DNA of 64,000 nucleotides from the NCBI GenBank assembly GCA_018816805.1, contig JAHIVE010000005.1, forward strand, positions 39,102-103,101, in the 5' to 3' direction. The first letter of the stretch is position 1, and every line of letters starts with the position of its first letter. Below the pieces are notes generated by a model. The model was not told where the DNA came from and made no database searches. It saw nothing but the letters and a program-made list of their open reading frames with translations. The stretch is from Patescibacteria group bacterium. Its GTDB lineage: Bacteria > Patescibacteriota > Gracilibacteria > UBA1369 > 2-02-FULL-48-14. A program made the translations under genes and the position numbers. This document shows positions 33,502-42,365 of this stretch, in pieces.

Positions 33502-35658
33502 ATGGAAGACACCACACCCCAGCCGCAAAATCCAAATTCGGAAGCACATAATCCGGAACAACAAGCAACGCCAAGCCAACCGCAAACCGAGCAAACTCCG
33601 CCACCTGTGCCAACACCCGGCACGGTCACTGAGCAAACTCCGCAGGTGCCACAACAAGATAAAAACGCAAAAAAACCAGTAAAAAAAGGCTCTGCTTTCA
33701 AGAGATTATTACTCATGCTTGGACTGGTATTCCTTCTTTTATTTGTTTTTGAATTCGTTTGGGCCTCAACCTTAGCAAAAGGCAGCGCATTAGATAAACT
33801 AATACTAACGGTTACAAATATTCAATGCGGCATTTTAGTTGGAGCTTCACTTCTGTACGCGCTCTTTGGTTTATTAAAATCATTGCTTGCAAAAAAAGAT
33901 CCATTAAAAAAGAAAAAAGCTACAAAAACAGCACTCGTAGGCGGAGTTTTCTTCCTATTATCAGCACTTCTTTGGCTTTTTGCAGTCATTTATCTTCCAC
34001 CACGCCTCACGCCGGAACAACAATATGTTTCATACATATTAACTGATCCAGCAGTGACTCTTGGCTTAACAGCACCAATTGAAGTTGAATTTGATGCAAG
34101 CCAAATACCGGTTGATACAAACGCATTTAGAGTTCTCTCATACACCTGGAATTTTGGAGACGGAGGTACTGCAAACGGCCCAACCGTTTCACATAGATTC
34201 ATCCAAAAACCACCAAATGGAACCTACAACGTAGTTCTAAAAGTATCCTTTATGGATCTGAAAACAGGGGAACAATTATCTGAAGAGTTTACTACAGTAG
34301 TAGGTATTGAAAATGAAGAAGTCGCTGCAATTTTCACCGCAACCCCTTCCAGCGGGAACGTGCCCTTGGATGTTGAATTCAACGCATCCTCATCATACGA
34401 CCCGGACGGAGAAATAGTTGCATATGACTGGGATTTTGATGGCGATGGCAGCTATGACGACGCTTCCGGAGTAATTGTTTCATACACATTCGAACAAGAA
34501 GGCGAATTTACAGTGGGCTTAAGAGTTACGGACAATAACGGACAATATGCAACCACAGCATACAAAATTGAAGCAGGTAGCGTTGGAGGACTAAGAGCAG
34601 TAATTAGCGCACCACTACAAACGGACGAAACATATAAAACAGGAGAAAAATACAAATTCTCAGGCGAACTTTCTCAAATAAGAGAAGGGGAGGTTGTTAA
34701 ATATGTTTGGGACTTTGGTGACAAATCTGACACAATTCAATCAAGAACAGCCACTCATGAATTCACAAAATCTGGCGACTACGAAGTTTCTTTAACAGTT
34801 TTTGACGTTGATGGAAATTCCCACACAGCAACACTGGAAATCAAGGTTGTTGAACAAGGAACACCACCTTCGGCAAAAATAAAAACATCTCCGGCTGCAC
34901 AAAATAATGTAACCTCAGGAGCGGTGCCATTTGAAGTTTCTTTCGACGCCTCAAGTTCAACTGACCCAGAAGATGACATTGTTGAATATGAATGGGATTT
35001 TAACAATGACGGAGTTATTGATGATTCGGGTGACAAAGTAACTTACACATATGAAGAAGTAGGTGTATATGAAGCAAAACTAATTGTCACTGACGCTGCA
35101 GGAAACTCAAACACAATCACAATTGGCATTTCTGTTGAAGAACAAGGAATCGTAGCCAGGTTGAGCGCAAACGTAACCAATGGCGAGGCACCTCTAACAG
35201 TTACATTTGATGCATCATCATCTTCGTATAAAGAAGGAAACATTGTTTCATATGAATACGACTTTGGTGATGGATCTGACGTACACGTTGGCGGCGCAAA
35301 AATTTCATACAAATATATTAATGTAGGTAATTTCACCGTAAAACTCACTGCTATAGGTGAAGATGGAACCAAGGACACAACAACTATGCAAATTGTAGTC
35401 AGACCGGTTGAGATAACTGCTTGTTTCACGGTAAATACAGACAGTGGTAGTGCACCTCTTTTTGTTGCGGTTGATCCAATATGTTCAAAAGGGACAATCA
35501 GATCATATGTATGGGATTTTGATGATGGTGAAATCAGTTTTGACAGAAAACCTGACATCCATACTTATTCCGAACCAGGGACATACACCATCTCATTAGA
35601 AGTTACCTCTGAGGACAGAACAGTAGATGTATTTGAAAAAACCATCACAGTAAGATAA
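33502..35658 (+). CDS. membrane protein: Pro/Gln/Thr-rich N-terminal tail, TM segments with a Lys-rich loop, six PKD-like domains
   Basis: N-terminus PQPQNPNSEAHNPEQQATPSQPQTEQTPPPVPTPG. TM hairpin LVGASLLYALFGLLKSLLAKKDPLKKKKATKTALVGGVFFLLSALLWLF. PKD motifs are YTWNFGDGG, YDWDFDGDG, YVWDFGDKS, YEWDFNNDG, YEYDFGDGS and YVWDFDDGE. It starts 2 nt after the upstream stop codon. Confidence 0.8.
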   Translation: MEDTTPQPQNPNSEAHNPEQQATPSQPQTEQTPPPVPTPGTVTEQTPQVPQQDKNAKKPVKKGSAFKRLLLMLGLVFLLLFVFEFVWASTLAKGSALDKLILTVTNIQCGILVGASLLYALFGLLKSLLAKKDPLKKKKATKTALVGGVFFLLSALLWLFAVIYLPPRLTPEQQYVSYILTDPAVTLGLTAPIEVEFDASQIPVDTNAFRVLSYTWNFGDGGTANGPTVSHRFIQKPPNGTYNVVLKVSFMDLKTGEQLSEEFTTVVGIENEEVAAIFTATPSSGNVPLDVEFNASSSYDPDGEIVAYDWDFDGDGSYDDASGVIVSYTFEQEGEFTVGLRVTDNNGQYATTAYKIEAGSVGGLRAVISAPLQTDETYKTGEKYKFSGELSQIREGEVVKYVWDFGDKSDTIQSRTATHEFTKSGDYEVSLTVFDVDGNSHTATLEIKVVEQGTPPSAKIKTSPAAQNNVTSGAVPFEVSFDASSSTDPEDDIVEYEWDFNNDGVIDDSGDKVTYTYEEVGVYEAKLIVTDAAGNSNTITIGISVEEQGIVARLSANVTNGEAPLTVTFDASSSSYKEGNIVSYEYDFGDGSDVHVGGAKISYKYINVGNFTVKLTAIGEDGTKDTTTMQIVVRPVEITACFTVNTDSGSAPLFVAVDPICSKGTIRSYVWDFDDGEISFDRKPDIHTYSEPGTYTISLEVTSEDRTVDVFEKTITVR
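34054..35655 (+). repeat. tandem PKD-like domain array (six units, approximate bounds)
   Basis: Six W/Y-D/N-F-G/D-D-G motifs at regular spacing. Confidence 0.7.
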
Positions 35659-35661
35659 CTC

Positions 35662-37032
35662 TTATCTTCTGTTAGGTTGAGTCATCTCATCAGCTTGTAA
35701 ATGCTTTTTGTGTTCTTCTGGAACCAAGCTCTCAAGTGGTACATTTATTTCAAGCGACTCATTCACTAAGTCAGCAACTTCTTTATAACCCATATAAGGT
35801 GCCAAAGCAGTCGCAAGCGCAGTTGATTTATCAAGTTCACCCTGCAAAACATCATTATTTGCAGTGATATCTTTTACGCAATGTTCGGTCAGCATATACA
35901 TTCCCGTTTTCATTATTTCAATCTCATGCAACAGATCAGACATAATAAGTGGTGTATGCCAATTCAGCTCAAATTGACCCTGCTGAGCCGCCAAATTAAC
36001 TGAATGATTCATTCCTGAAATCTGCACACAAATCATGCTCATACACTCCAAAATTGAAGGATTAACTTTGCCCGGCATAATTGAAGAACCGGGCTCAATT
36101 TCTTTCAAATTTATCTCATTTAAACCCGCTTTTGGGCCACTGGCCATCAATCTCAAATCATTTGTTATTCGTAAAATTTCAATAGCCAGAAGAGAAACCG
36201 CAGAAGAAACAGAAGCAAATACACCCATACTATGAGTAGTCTCAAACAAATTTGGGGCAGAACTAAACTTTTCTCCTGTTAATATTGAAATTTCAGTACA
36301 CATCATTTTTGCAAACTCGGGATGAGTATTAATCCCAGTGCCAACTGCAGTTCCACCAATACCAAGTCTGGTCAGTTCTTGTGAGGTTTCCTTAAGTCTA
36401 ACCAAAGCATTTGAGATTGCTGAGGCATAAGCCCTAAATTCTTGTCCCAGAGTAATTGGAACGGCATCCTGTAAATGCGTGCGACCGACTTTTAATAAAT
36501 TCTGAAATTCTTGAGCCTTTTCATTCAAAGATTTAACCAAATTTTCACCCTCAATTTGTAATTGTATAAGTTCAATATACGCCGCAATGCGAATAGCCGT
36601 AGGAATCACATCATTTGAAGACTGAGCCATATTTACATGATCATTTGGATGTACATGCGAATATTCACCAACTTTCCCTCCCAACATCTCATTCGCTCTA
36701 TTCGCCAAAATCTCATTAAGGTTCATATTAAAAGGTGTCCCCGCTCCGGCCTGATAAATATCCAAATCAAAAAAATCATCAAATTTCCCTTCAATAAATT
36801 CGTCTGCAGCCTTTTGAATCGCTTTCGAATATTCCATATCCAAATGCCCCAATTCAGCATTAACCTTAGCCGCGGCCTTTTTCACATTTGCAAGAGCAAC
36901 TCTAAAGTTTGGCGGAGCAGTCACACCTGAGATGCGAAAATACGATTTAGCACGAGTGTAAAAACTACCTCCGTAGCTTTCCGCGGGAACACTAACGGGT
37001 CCCAAAGAGTCCTCTTCTTTTCGAGTATTCAT
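35662..37032 (-). CDS. class II fumarate hydratase / aspartate ammonia-lyase family enzyme (FumC-like)
   Basis: Family signature GSSIMPGKVNPS and QSSNDVIPTA. The Gly in GSSIMPG and the SSND motif lean toward fumarase over aspartase. Confidence 0.8.
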   Translation of the reverse strand: MNTRKEEDSLGPVSVPAESYGGSFYTRAKSYFRISGVTAPPNFRVALANVKKAAAKVNAELGHLDMEYSKAIQKAADEFIEGKFDDFFDLDIYQAGAGTPFNMNLNEILANRANEMLGGKVGEYSHVHPNDHVNMAQSSNDVIPTAIRIAAYIELIQLQIEGENLVKSLNEKAQEFQNLLKVGRTHLQDAVPITLGQEFRAYASAISNALVRLKETSQELTRLGIGGTAVGTGINTHPEFAKMMCTEISILTGEKFSSAPNLFETTHSMGVFASVSSAVSLLAIEILRITNDLRLMASGPKAGLNEINLKEIEPGSSIMPGKVNPSILECMSMICVQISGMNHSVNLAAQQGQFELNWHTPLIMSDLLHEIEIMKTGMYMLTEHCVKDITANNDVLQGELDKSTALATALAPYMGYKEVADLVNESLEINVPLESLVPEEHKKHLQADEMTQPNRR

Positions 37033-37646
37033 GCGCGTATTTTACCAGGTTTAAATGACTTGGCAACTATATATGTCTCAAAACTGCACTGCCGACAAGC
37101 TTTAGGTTTAAAACAGACAATACTTTTGAAAAATGGCTTCATTTTGCCCATAAGTATATCCAAATCTTCTCCTTGAAACACCTTGCCGACAAAATGACCA
37201 CCCTCTTTTAAAATTTTCGTGGAAATCAAAAATGCTTGTTCCGTTAATTCCACACTTCTGCCTTGATCCAAATCTTTTATTCCACTTGTTTTGGGAGCTA
37301 AATCACTGGTAACAACATCAACATTACCAAATCCGTTTTTTTGGAAAAAATCTACCAAAGCATTTGTTTGAAAAATATCCCCTTGAATTAAAATTACATT
37401 TGCCATGTCCAGTGGTTCCATTTCCTGTAAATCTATTCCAATTGCACGACCTTTTGGCCCAACAATTTCAGAAATCACCTGTAAAAAACTGCCCGGAGCA
37501 CTGCCCAAATCCACAATAGTCTGGCCCTCTTTTATAAGTTTAAATTTATTTTGAATTTCAAGTAATTTAAACGCGCTTCGCGCTCTATAACCTTTTTTCT
37601 TTGCTTCCAGGAAATACGGGTCTTTAACTTTGAATTTTTTTGTCAT
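37029..37646 (-). CDS. rlmE: 23S rRNA 2'-O-ribose methyltransferase RlmE (FtsJ)
   Basis: RARSAFKLLEI, VDLGSAPGSFLQV and VVTSDLAPKTSG. Confidence 0.88.
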   Translation of the reverse strand: MTKKFKVKDPYFLEAKKKGYRARSAFKLLEIQNKFKLIKEGQTIVDLGSAPGSFLQVISEIVGPKGRAIGIDLQEMEPLDMANVILIQGDIFQTNALVDFFQKNGFGNVDVVTSDLAPKTSGIKDLDQGRSVELTEQAFLISTKILKEGGHFVGKVFQGEDLDILMGKMKPFFKSIVCFKPKACRQCSFETYIVAKSFKPGKIRA

Positions 37647-37651
37647 AAAAC

Positions 37652-38359
37652 TTATAAAATTGGTTTATCTTTTGGCACACCAACCCTTCTGGGATATTTA
37701 TCATTTAAAGCACGAACTTTTTTAAATTCCAGAATGGTTCTTTTTTCTCCTCCATCTAATTCATAGTCAAATTGATCAACAAATGCCATTCCAAGTTCCT
37801 TTTGAGCTGGTTTGGACATCTCCAATTCATCTTTGAAATCAGAAGACTTCCAAGCATAAAATTTTCCACCAACTTTCAAAAAACCGCTTGCATATTCAAT
37901 TAAGGTGGGTAGGGGAGCAAGAGCTCTTGCCAAAGCAATATCAAATTTTTCTCTGTCAGAGCCATGAGCCAATTCTTCAATTCTACCCCAAATAGTTTTT
38001 ACATTTTCAAGATTCAATTCCTCTATCGCTTCATCCAATAAATCCAATTTTTTCTTGGTTGAATCTAAAAGCCAAAAATCAAGCTCCGGACAAACAGCTG
38101 CTAAAACCAAACCGGGTACGCCTCCTCCGGTTCCCATATCTATAACTTTTGCATTATCAAAAATTTCCCAAAAATCTAATACATTCAAAGCATCCGGGAA
38201 ATGTTTATCAAAAAGTTTCTCTCTGTCCTGCGCGGAAAAAAGATTAACTTGCGTGCTCTTCTCCTTGAGTTTGTGGGAGAGTTTCTGCAGAGTCGGAAAC
38301 TTCGGGTTGGTTTTGAGTATTTTCATTTGTAGTTTCAGGAATTTCACATTTAGGCACAC
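37652..38359 (-). CDS. rsmG: 16S rRNA (guanine527-N7)-methyltransferase RsmG (GidB)
   Basis: SAM motif VIDMGTGGGVPGLVLA and family-typical length. The start is ATG 38359 or ATG 38326; either overlaps the upstream ORF. Confidence 0.8.
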   Translation of the reverse strand: MCLNVKFLKLQMKILKTNPKFPTLQKLSHKLKEKSTQVNLFSAQDREKLFDKHFPDALNVLDFWEIFDNAKVIDMGTGGGVPGLVLAAVCPELDFWLLDSTKKKLDLLDEAIEELNLENVKTIWGRIEELAHGSDREKFDIALARALAPLPTLIEYASGFLKVGGKFYAWKSSDFKDELEMSKPAQKELGMAFVDQFDYELDGGEKRTILEFKKVRALNDKYPRRVGVPKDKPIL

Positions 38360-38864
38360 AAACCTCTATACATATTTCAGCGTCATCTTTGCAAGGGCTG
38401 GCACAATCATTCCACACTCCTCCAATCTCACTACACGCAGCCTTTTCAACACTATAATCTGGTTCTTCAGGCACCGAAGTTTCTTCAGCTTCAATTTTTT
38501 CTCGAACATATAAATCAATAGTCTCACTTGCAGTTGCAGTTGTAGTTCTATCAAAAGCGGTAACGGTTACACTGCATTCTTCACCATTAGGTTGATCAGA
38601 AAGCATACTCAAAGACAAATTATGTACTCTATCATTTTCCATATCTTCCGAAACAACAGGTAAGAGTTCCACTCGATTACTATTTGAACATTTAAAGTCT
38701 GAAATATATGCAAGTGCAGGATTATTTAATACCAAATCCAGTGTGTCACTATCCGGATCTACAATAGCCTCATTATCAAGAGTAAAAGTGATTGTATATG
38801 GAGAAATCAAAACACAAGCTGCAAAAAAGAAAGGGATTGCTGCTAAAATAAGAATTTTTTTCAT
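38244..38864 (-). CDS. hypothetical lipoprotein with a Cys-rich C-terminal region
   Basis: Lipobox-like N-terminus MKKILILAAIPFFFAACV. Cys cluster CSEIGGVWNDCASPCKDDAEICIEVCVPKCE. A low-complexity tail runs into rsmG. Confidence 0.55.
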   Translation of the reverse strand: MKKILILAAIPFFFAACVLISPYTITFTLDNEAIVDPDSDTLDLVLNNPALAYISDFKCSNSNRVELLPVVSEDMENDRVHNLSLSMLSDQPNGEECSVTVTAFDRTTTATASETIDLYVREKIEAEETSVPEEPDYSVEKAACSEIGGVWNDCASPCKDDAEICIEVCVPKCEIPETTNENTQNQPEVSDSAETLPQTQGEEHAS

Positions 38865-38897
38865 GGCGTAGAGTAAAGTATTTAAATTTTAACAAAT

Positions 38898-39602
38898 TTA
38901 AGTAAATTGAACCACAGAAAGTACAGCAATTGCCGCAGTTTCCATTCTTAAAATTGTATTACCAAGAAGGAAAATCCTTCCACCAACCTCATCCATCATT
39001 TTTAGTTCGGGATCAGTAAAGCCACCTTCAGGACCTATAACTACATTTACATCCTCATTCTCTGGAACCAAAATATCTCTGTATCTCTCTTTATATTTCC
39101 ATGGCTCACCAACCAATATAATCCCTGTAGGAGGTTTTTGCACAATTTTCCCAATAGCCTGTACCTCATGCAAAACCGGCAAAAAACATCTTCCACATTG
39201 TTCAGTGGCCTCTTTTATTATTGCTTTTAACCTCTCTGGTTTACGAATATGGTCAACCTGTGATCTCTCAGTTGTTAATGGAATAATGTCTGTTACGTTT
39301 AACTCGGTAGCTTTTTGAACAATTAGCTCAAAAGTAGAGAGTTTATTTGCGAGAGCACAGTACAACCTAATAGCACGAGCAGGAGGAGTGCACATTTCAT
39401 GCTCACTCAATTTAATTGATGCACCCTTTCTATGTAATTCAAGTACTTCACCCTTTGCTTTTACGCCCTTGCCATCCAGAACCATGCATTTGTCTCCAAC
39501 TTCGAATCTCAAAACATTCCGCATTTGGTGAAGTAAATCAGCATCATCAACCCTTACCAATTCCCCCGAAATGTCTTTTTCAATAATAAAGTTCTGCATC
39601 AC
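38898..39602 (-). CDS. rsmE: 16S rRNA (uracil1498-N3)-methyltransferase RsmE
   Basis: HQMRNVLRFEVGD, EATEQCGRCFLP, IGPEGGFTDPE and ILRMETAAI. Confidence 0.85.
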   Translation of the reverse strand: MMQNFIIEKDISGELVRVDDADLLHQMRNVLRFEVGDKCMVLDGKGVKAKGEVLELHRKGASIKLSEHEMCTPPARAIRLYCALANKLSTFELIVQKATELNVTDIIPLTTERSQVDHIRKPERLKAIIKEATEQCGRCFLPVLHEVQAIGKIVQKPPTGIILVGEPWKYKERYRDILVPENEDVNVVIGPEGGFTDPELKMMDEVGGRIFLLGNTILRMETAAIAVLSVVQFT

Positions 39603-41299
39603 TATAAGTATTCCATCAATTTAGAATAAGACAAGCAATTTAGTGTATCTCCTTTTTCTATCCAGCCTCGTCGGGCCATAAATAGCCCAAATTTCATATT
39701 GCTCAATTGTTCGGTTGTATGTGAATCAGTATTTATCACAACTTTAACTGAAAAATCCTTACACATTTTTGCATGAGTTCCGTTCAAATCCATCCTTTGA
39801 GGTTGAGAATTAATTTCCAAAGCAATTCTTTTTTCCTTAGCCGCTCGCAAAATCTTCTCAAAATCCATTTCAATATTATCTCGTTTCCCAAGCATTCTAC
39901 AAAAAGGGTGACCAAAAATTTTCACATTTGGATGAGCAAAAGCTCTCAAAATGCGGTCAGTCTGTTCTTTTTTGGAAAGATTAAATGAAGTATGAATAGA
40001 AATGACTGGTACATCCAATTTTTCAATAATTTCATCAGGCAGATTCAGCTCACCAGTTTTCAAAATATCAATCTCAGCACCCTTAAGTATTTTTATTTTT
40101 ATACCTTCTTCATTTAATTGTTTTTGAATTTTTTCAATTTCTTTCCACTGTTTTTTTATTTCCTTAGGGTCTCTCATATGATCAGAAACTGCAATATATT
40201 CTCTTCCAAGTCTTGCAGCTTCAAAAGCCATTTCATAAATAGTAAACGCCCCATCACTCCACTTACTATGAGTATGTAAATCACCTTTTATGTCATTTTC
40301 TTCAATTAATTTTGGCAATTTACCATTTCGCGCCGCTTCAATTTCTCCCTGATCCTCTCGAATTTCAGGTGGAATATATTCCATCCCAAGCGAATTAAAT
40401 ATTTCCTCCTCAGTAGCACCGGCAATCATCTTTTCTCTTTTAAAAACACCATACTCATTGTTTTTTAAGCCTCTTTTTTGTGCAAGAGTTCTAAATTGAA
40501 TATTATGATATTTCGAACCCGTAAAATAGTAAAAAGCAGCGCCAAAACTTTCATTTTTTACCACACGCAAATCAACTTGAATATTATCTTTTAAAACCAC
40601 ACTGGATTTTGTATCACCAGCAGCTAAAACCTGTTTGACATGAGGGTAGGCAAGGAAATGCTTACTCATCATCTCAGAATCCGAACCTGTTGCAAGAATA
40701 TCAATATCACCAATTGTTTCTTGGCGTCTTCTCAAACTTCCGGCATATTCAACGCGTTCAACAGCCTTACACTTCTTCATATATTCAACATACTGCTCAG
40801 CTTCCGGCAAAGCCTGATAAAGCGGAATTCTTGTCTGCAAAAAAGTCGACTGATCCAGAGCCTTCAAAATTGCATCCTGACTTTTTTCGCCCATCCCGGG
40901 CAAAGTCGCTAACGCGCCGCTTTCAGCGGCGCTCCGTAATTTCTTTAAATCATTAATCCCCAATTTTTCCATAAACAATTTCGCCTTTTTAGGCCCAATT
41001 GATCTAACCCTCAAAATATCCAAAACACCCGGTGACAATTTCCTTACCAAGTTCTCATGCATCTTACATTTCCCGGTCTCAATAATTTCAACAATTTTTG
41101 AATGCAAATCTTTCCCAATACCCGGAATATTTTCAATGGCCTTGTCATCTTTTGAGTGCAATTCCGCTAAATCTTGGGGAAAACTCTCCACAACATCAGA
41201 AGCACGTCTATAAGCGCGAATTCGAAACACGCTTTCACCCAATATCTCAAGCATATCGGCAATTTCATCAAACTGCTCTGCGATCAACTGATTGATCAT
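39602..41299 (-). CDS. polX: family X DNA polymerase with a C-terminal PHP domain (PolX)
   Basis: N-terminal HhH region (FRIRAYRRAS; IPGIGKDL), the pol-beta core (GSLRRRQETIGDIDIL) and PHP histidines (GDLHTHSKWSDG). Confidence 0.88.
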   Translation of the reverse strand: MINQLIAEQFDEIADMLEILGESVFRIRAYRRASDVVESFPQDLAELHSKDDKAIENIPGIGKDLHSKIVEIIETGKCKMHENLVRKLSPGVLDILRVRSIGPKKAKLFMEKLGINDLKKLRSAAESGALATLPGMGEKSQDAILKALDQSTFLQTRIPLYQALPEAEQYVEYMKKCKAVERVEYAGSLRRRQETIGDIDILATGSDSEMMSKHFLAYPHVKQVLAAGDTKSSVVLKDNIQVDLRVVKNESFGAAFYYFTGSKYHNIQFRTLAQKRGLKNNEYGVFKREKMIAGATEEEIFNSLGMEYIPPEIREDQGEIEAARNGKLPKLIEENDIKGDLHTHSKWSDGAFTIYEMAFEAARLGREYIAVSDHMRDPKEIKKQWKEIEKIQKQLNEEGIKIKILKGAEIDILKTGELNLPDEIIEKLDVPVISIHTSFNLSKKEQTDRILRAFAHPNVKIFGHPFCRMLGKRDNIEMDFEKILRAAKEKRIALEINSQPQRMDLNGTHAKMCKDFSVKVVINTDSHTTEQLSNMKFGLFMARRGWIEKGDTLNCLSYSKLMEYL

Positions 41300-41301
41300 A
41301 T

Positions 41302-41709
41302 CTACAATATTTCTAGAAGTTCAATCTCAAAAATCAAAATTGCATTACCAGGGATTCCAGCCTGGGGATTTCCAGCTTCTCCATAACCTAAATCACCTGG
41401 AATAGTTAATTTTCGAATTCCGCCCTCCTGCATACCGGGAATACCTTCTTCCCATCCTTGAATTAAGAAATCAATTCCAATGGGGAAAATTGCAGCTTCA
41501 CCTCTGTCATAAGAACTATCAAAAACCGTACCGTCTTCCAAATATCCCTTATAATCAGCCTTTATTGTATCTCCAGATTTAGCAACTTCTCCAGTACCAA
41601 CTTTAATATCTTCAATAATTAATCCATTATCCATTTTAGTAACATTTGAGTCACAAGACGCAAAAGCTAAAAGAGAGACCACACTGATGGCAATAAGAAT
41701 TTTTTTCAT
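41302..41709 (-). CDS. FKBP-type peptidyl-prolyl cis-trans isomerase, lipoprotein
   Basis: Lipobox LLAFASC; FKBP core YKGYLEDGTVFDSS...FLIQGWEEGIPGMQEGGIRKLTIP..LGYG. Confidence 0.88.
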   Translation of the reverse strand: MKKILIAISVVSLLAFASCDSNVTKMDNGLIIEDIKVGTGEVAKSGDTIKADYKGYLEDGTVFDSSYDRGEAAIFPIGIDFLIQGWEEGIPGMQEGGIRKLTIPGDLGYGEAGNPQAGIPGNAILIFEIELLEIL

Positions 41710-41788
41710 GGCGCTATAATTAAATCAATCACATCTTAGCAAAACAATTAATAATTGAAATTAAAAAAAATATGTTAAGATAGAAAAC

Positions 41789-42364
41789 GTGAAATATTTC
41801 CAAAAAATCATCTTCATCACCATCCTGACAATTCTCTTGTTTGGGTGCACAAAACCTCAAGAAGAATCGAAGGAAACTCAAACATATCCTAAGCCATCCG
41901 GCAATCTGATTTTAGGGACAATGGCTGATTCTTGCGGTCAAATTTTAAGCGAACCATATCAACTGGATGCATATTTTGAAAATCATCCATACAATCAAGA
42001 AAATTATACTTATTACGTTTACCGTGATGATGATTACCTCAATTCCAATTACTGGTTTGGGTATCAGGCAAACGTGGTTCTTTCATACAAAATTTCTGAA
42101 GAAATGGATCAAGGAGATTTATTCAGGGTAGACTGGGTTTTAGAAACCATTGATGATGAAACACAGGAAGAATCAGACAAGGTTATCAAAAAACATACAA
42201 TAACTGGTCTGCTGCCATGTGAAAACGGAGACTTATATCTAGGCTCAAACCTGAATCTTTCTGAAACGGAAATCACAGACCTAATTTCAAACCTGCGAGT
42301 TGATATTTACTACAATGACAGGCTTGTCGATTCAAAGATGTTCAATATTGACGGAGTGTCATAA
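41789..42364 (+). CDS. hypothetical lipoprotein
   Basis: GTG/ATG-start ORF with the lipobox ILLFGCTKP and no other motif. Confidence 0.5.
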   Translation: MKYFQKIIFITILTILLFGCTKPQEESKETQTYPKPSGNLILGTMADSCGQILSEPYQLDAYFENHPYNQENYTYYVYRDDDYLNSNYWFGYQANVVLSYKISEEMDQGDLFRVDWVLETIDDETQEESDKVIKKHTITGLLPCENGDLYLGSNLNLSETEITDLISNLRVDIYYNDRLVDSKMFNIDGVS

Positions 42365-42365
42365 T

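Noticed and set aside
26816-35658. Calling the pilin/PKD operon a type IV secretion system or conjugative pilus locus.
   Set aside because: No VirB4/VirD4/VirB11-type ATPase, VirB6/8/9/10 component, relaxase or prepilin-processing enzyme is present in the 64 kb. Only the pilin-like fold is shared, so it is reported as a candidate novel apparatus instead.
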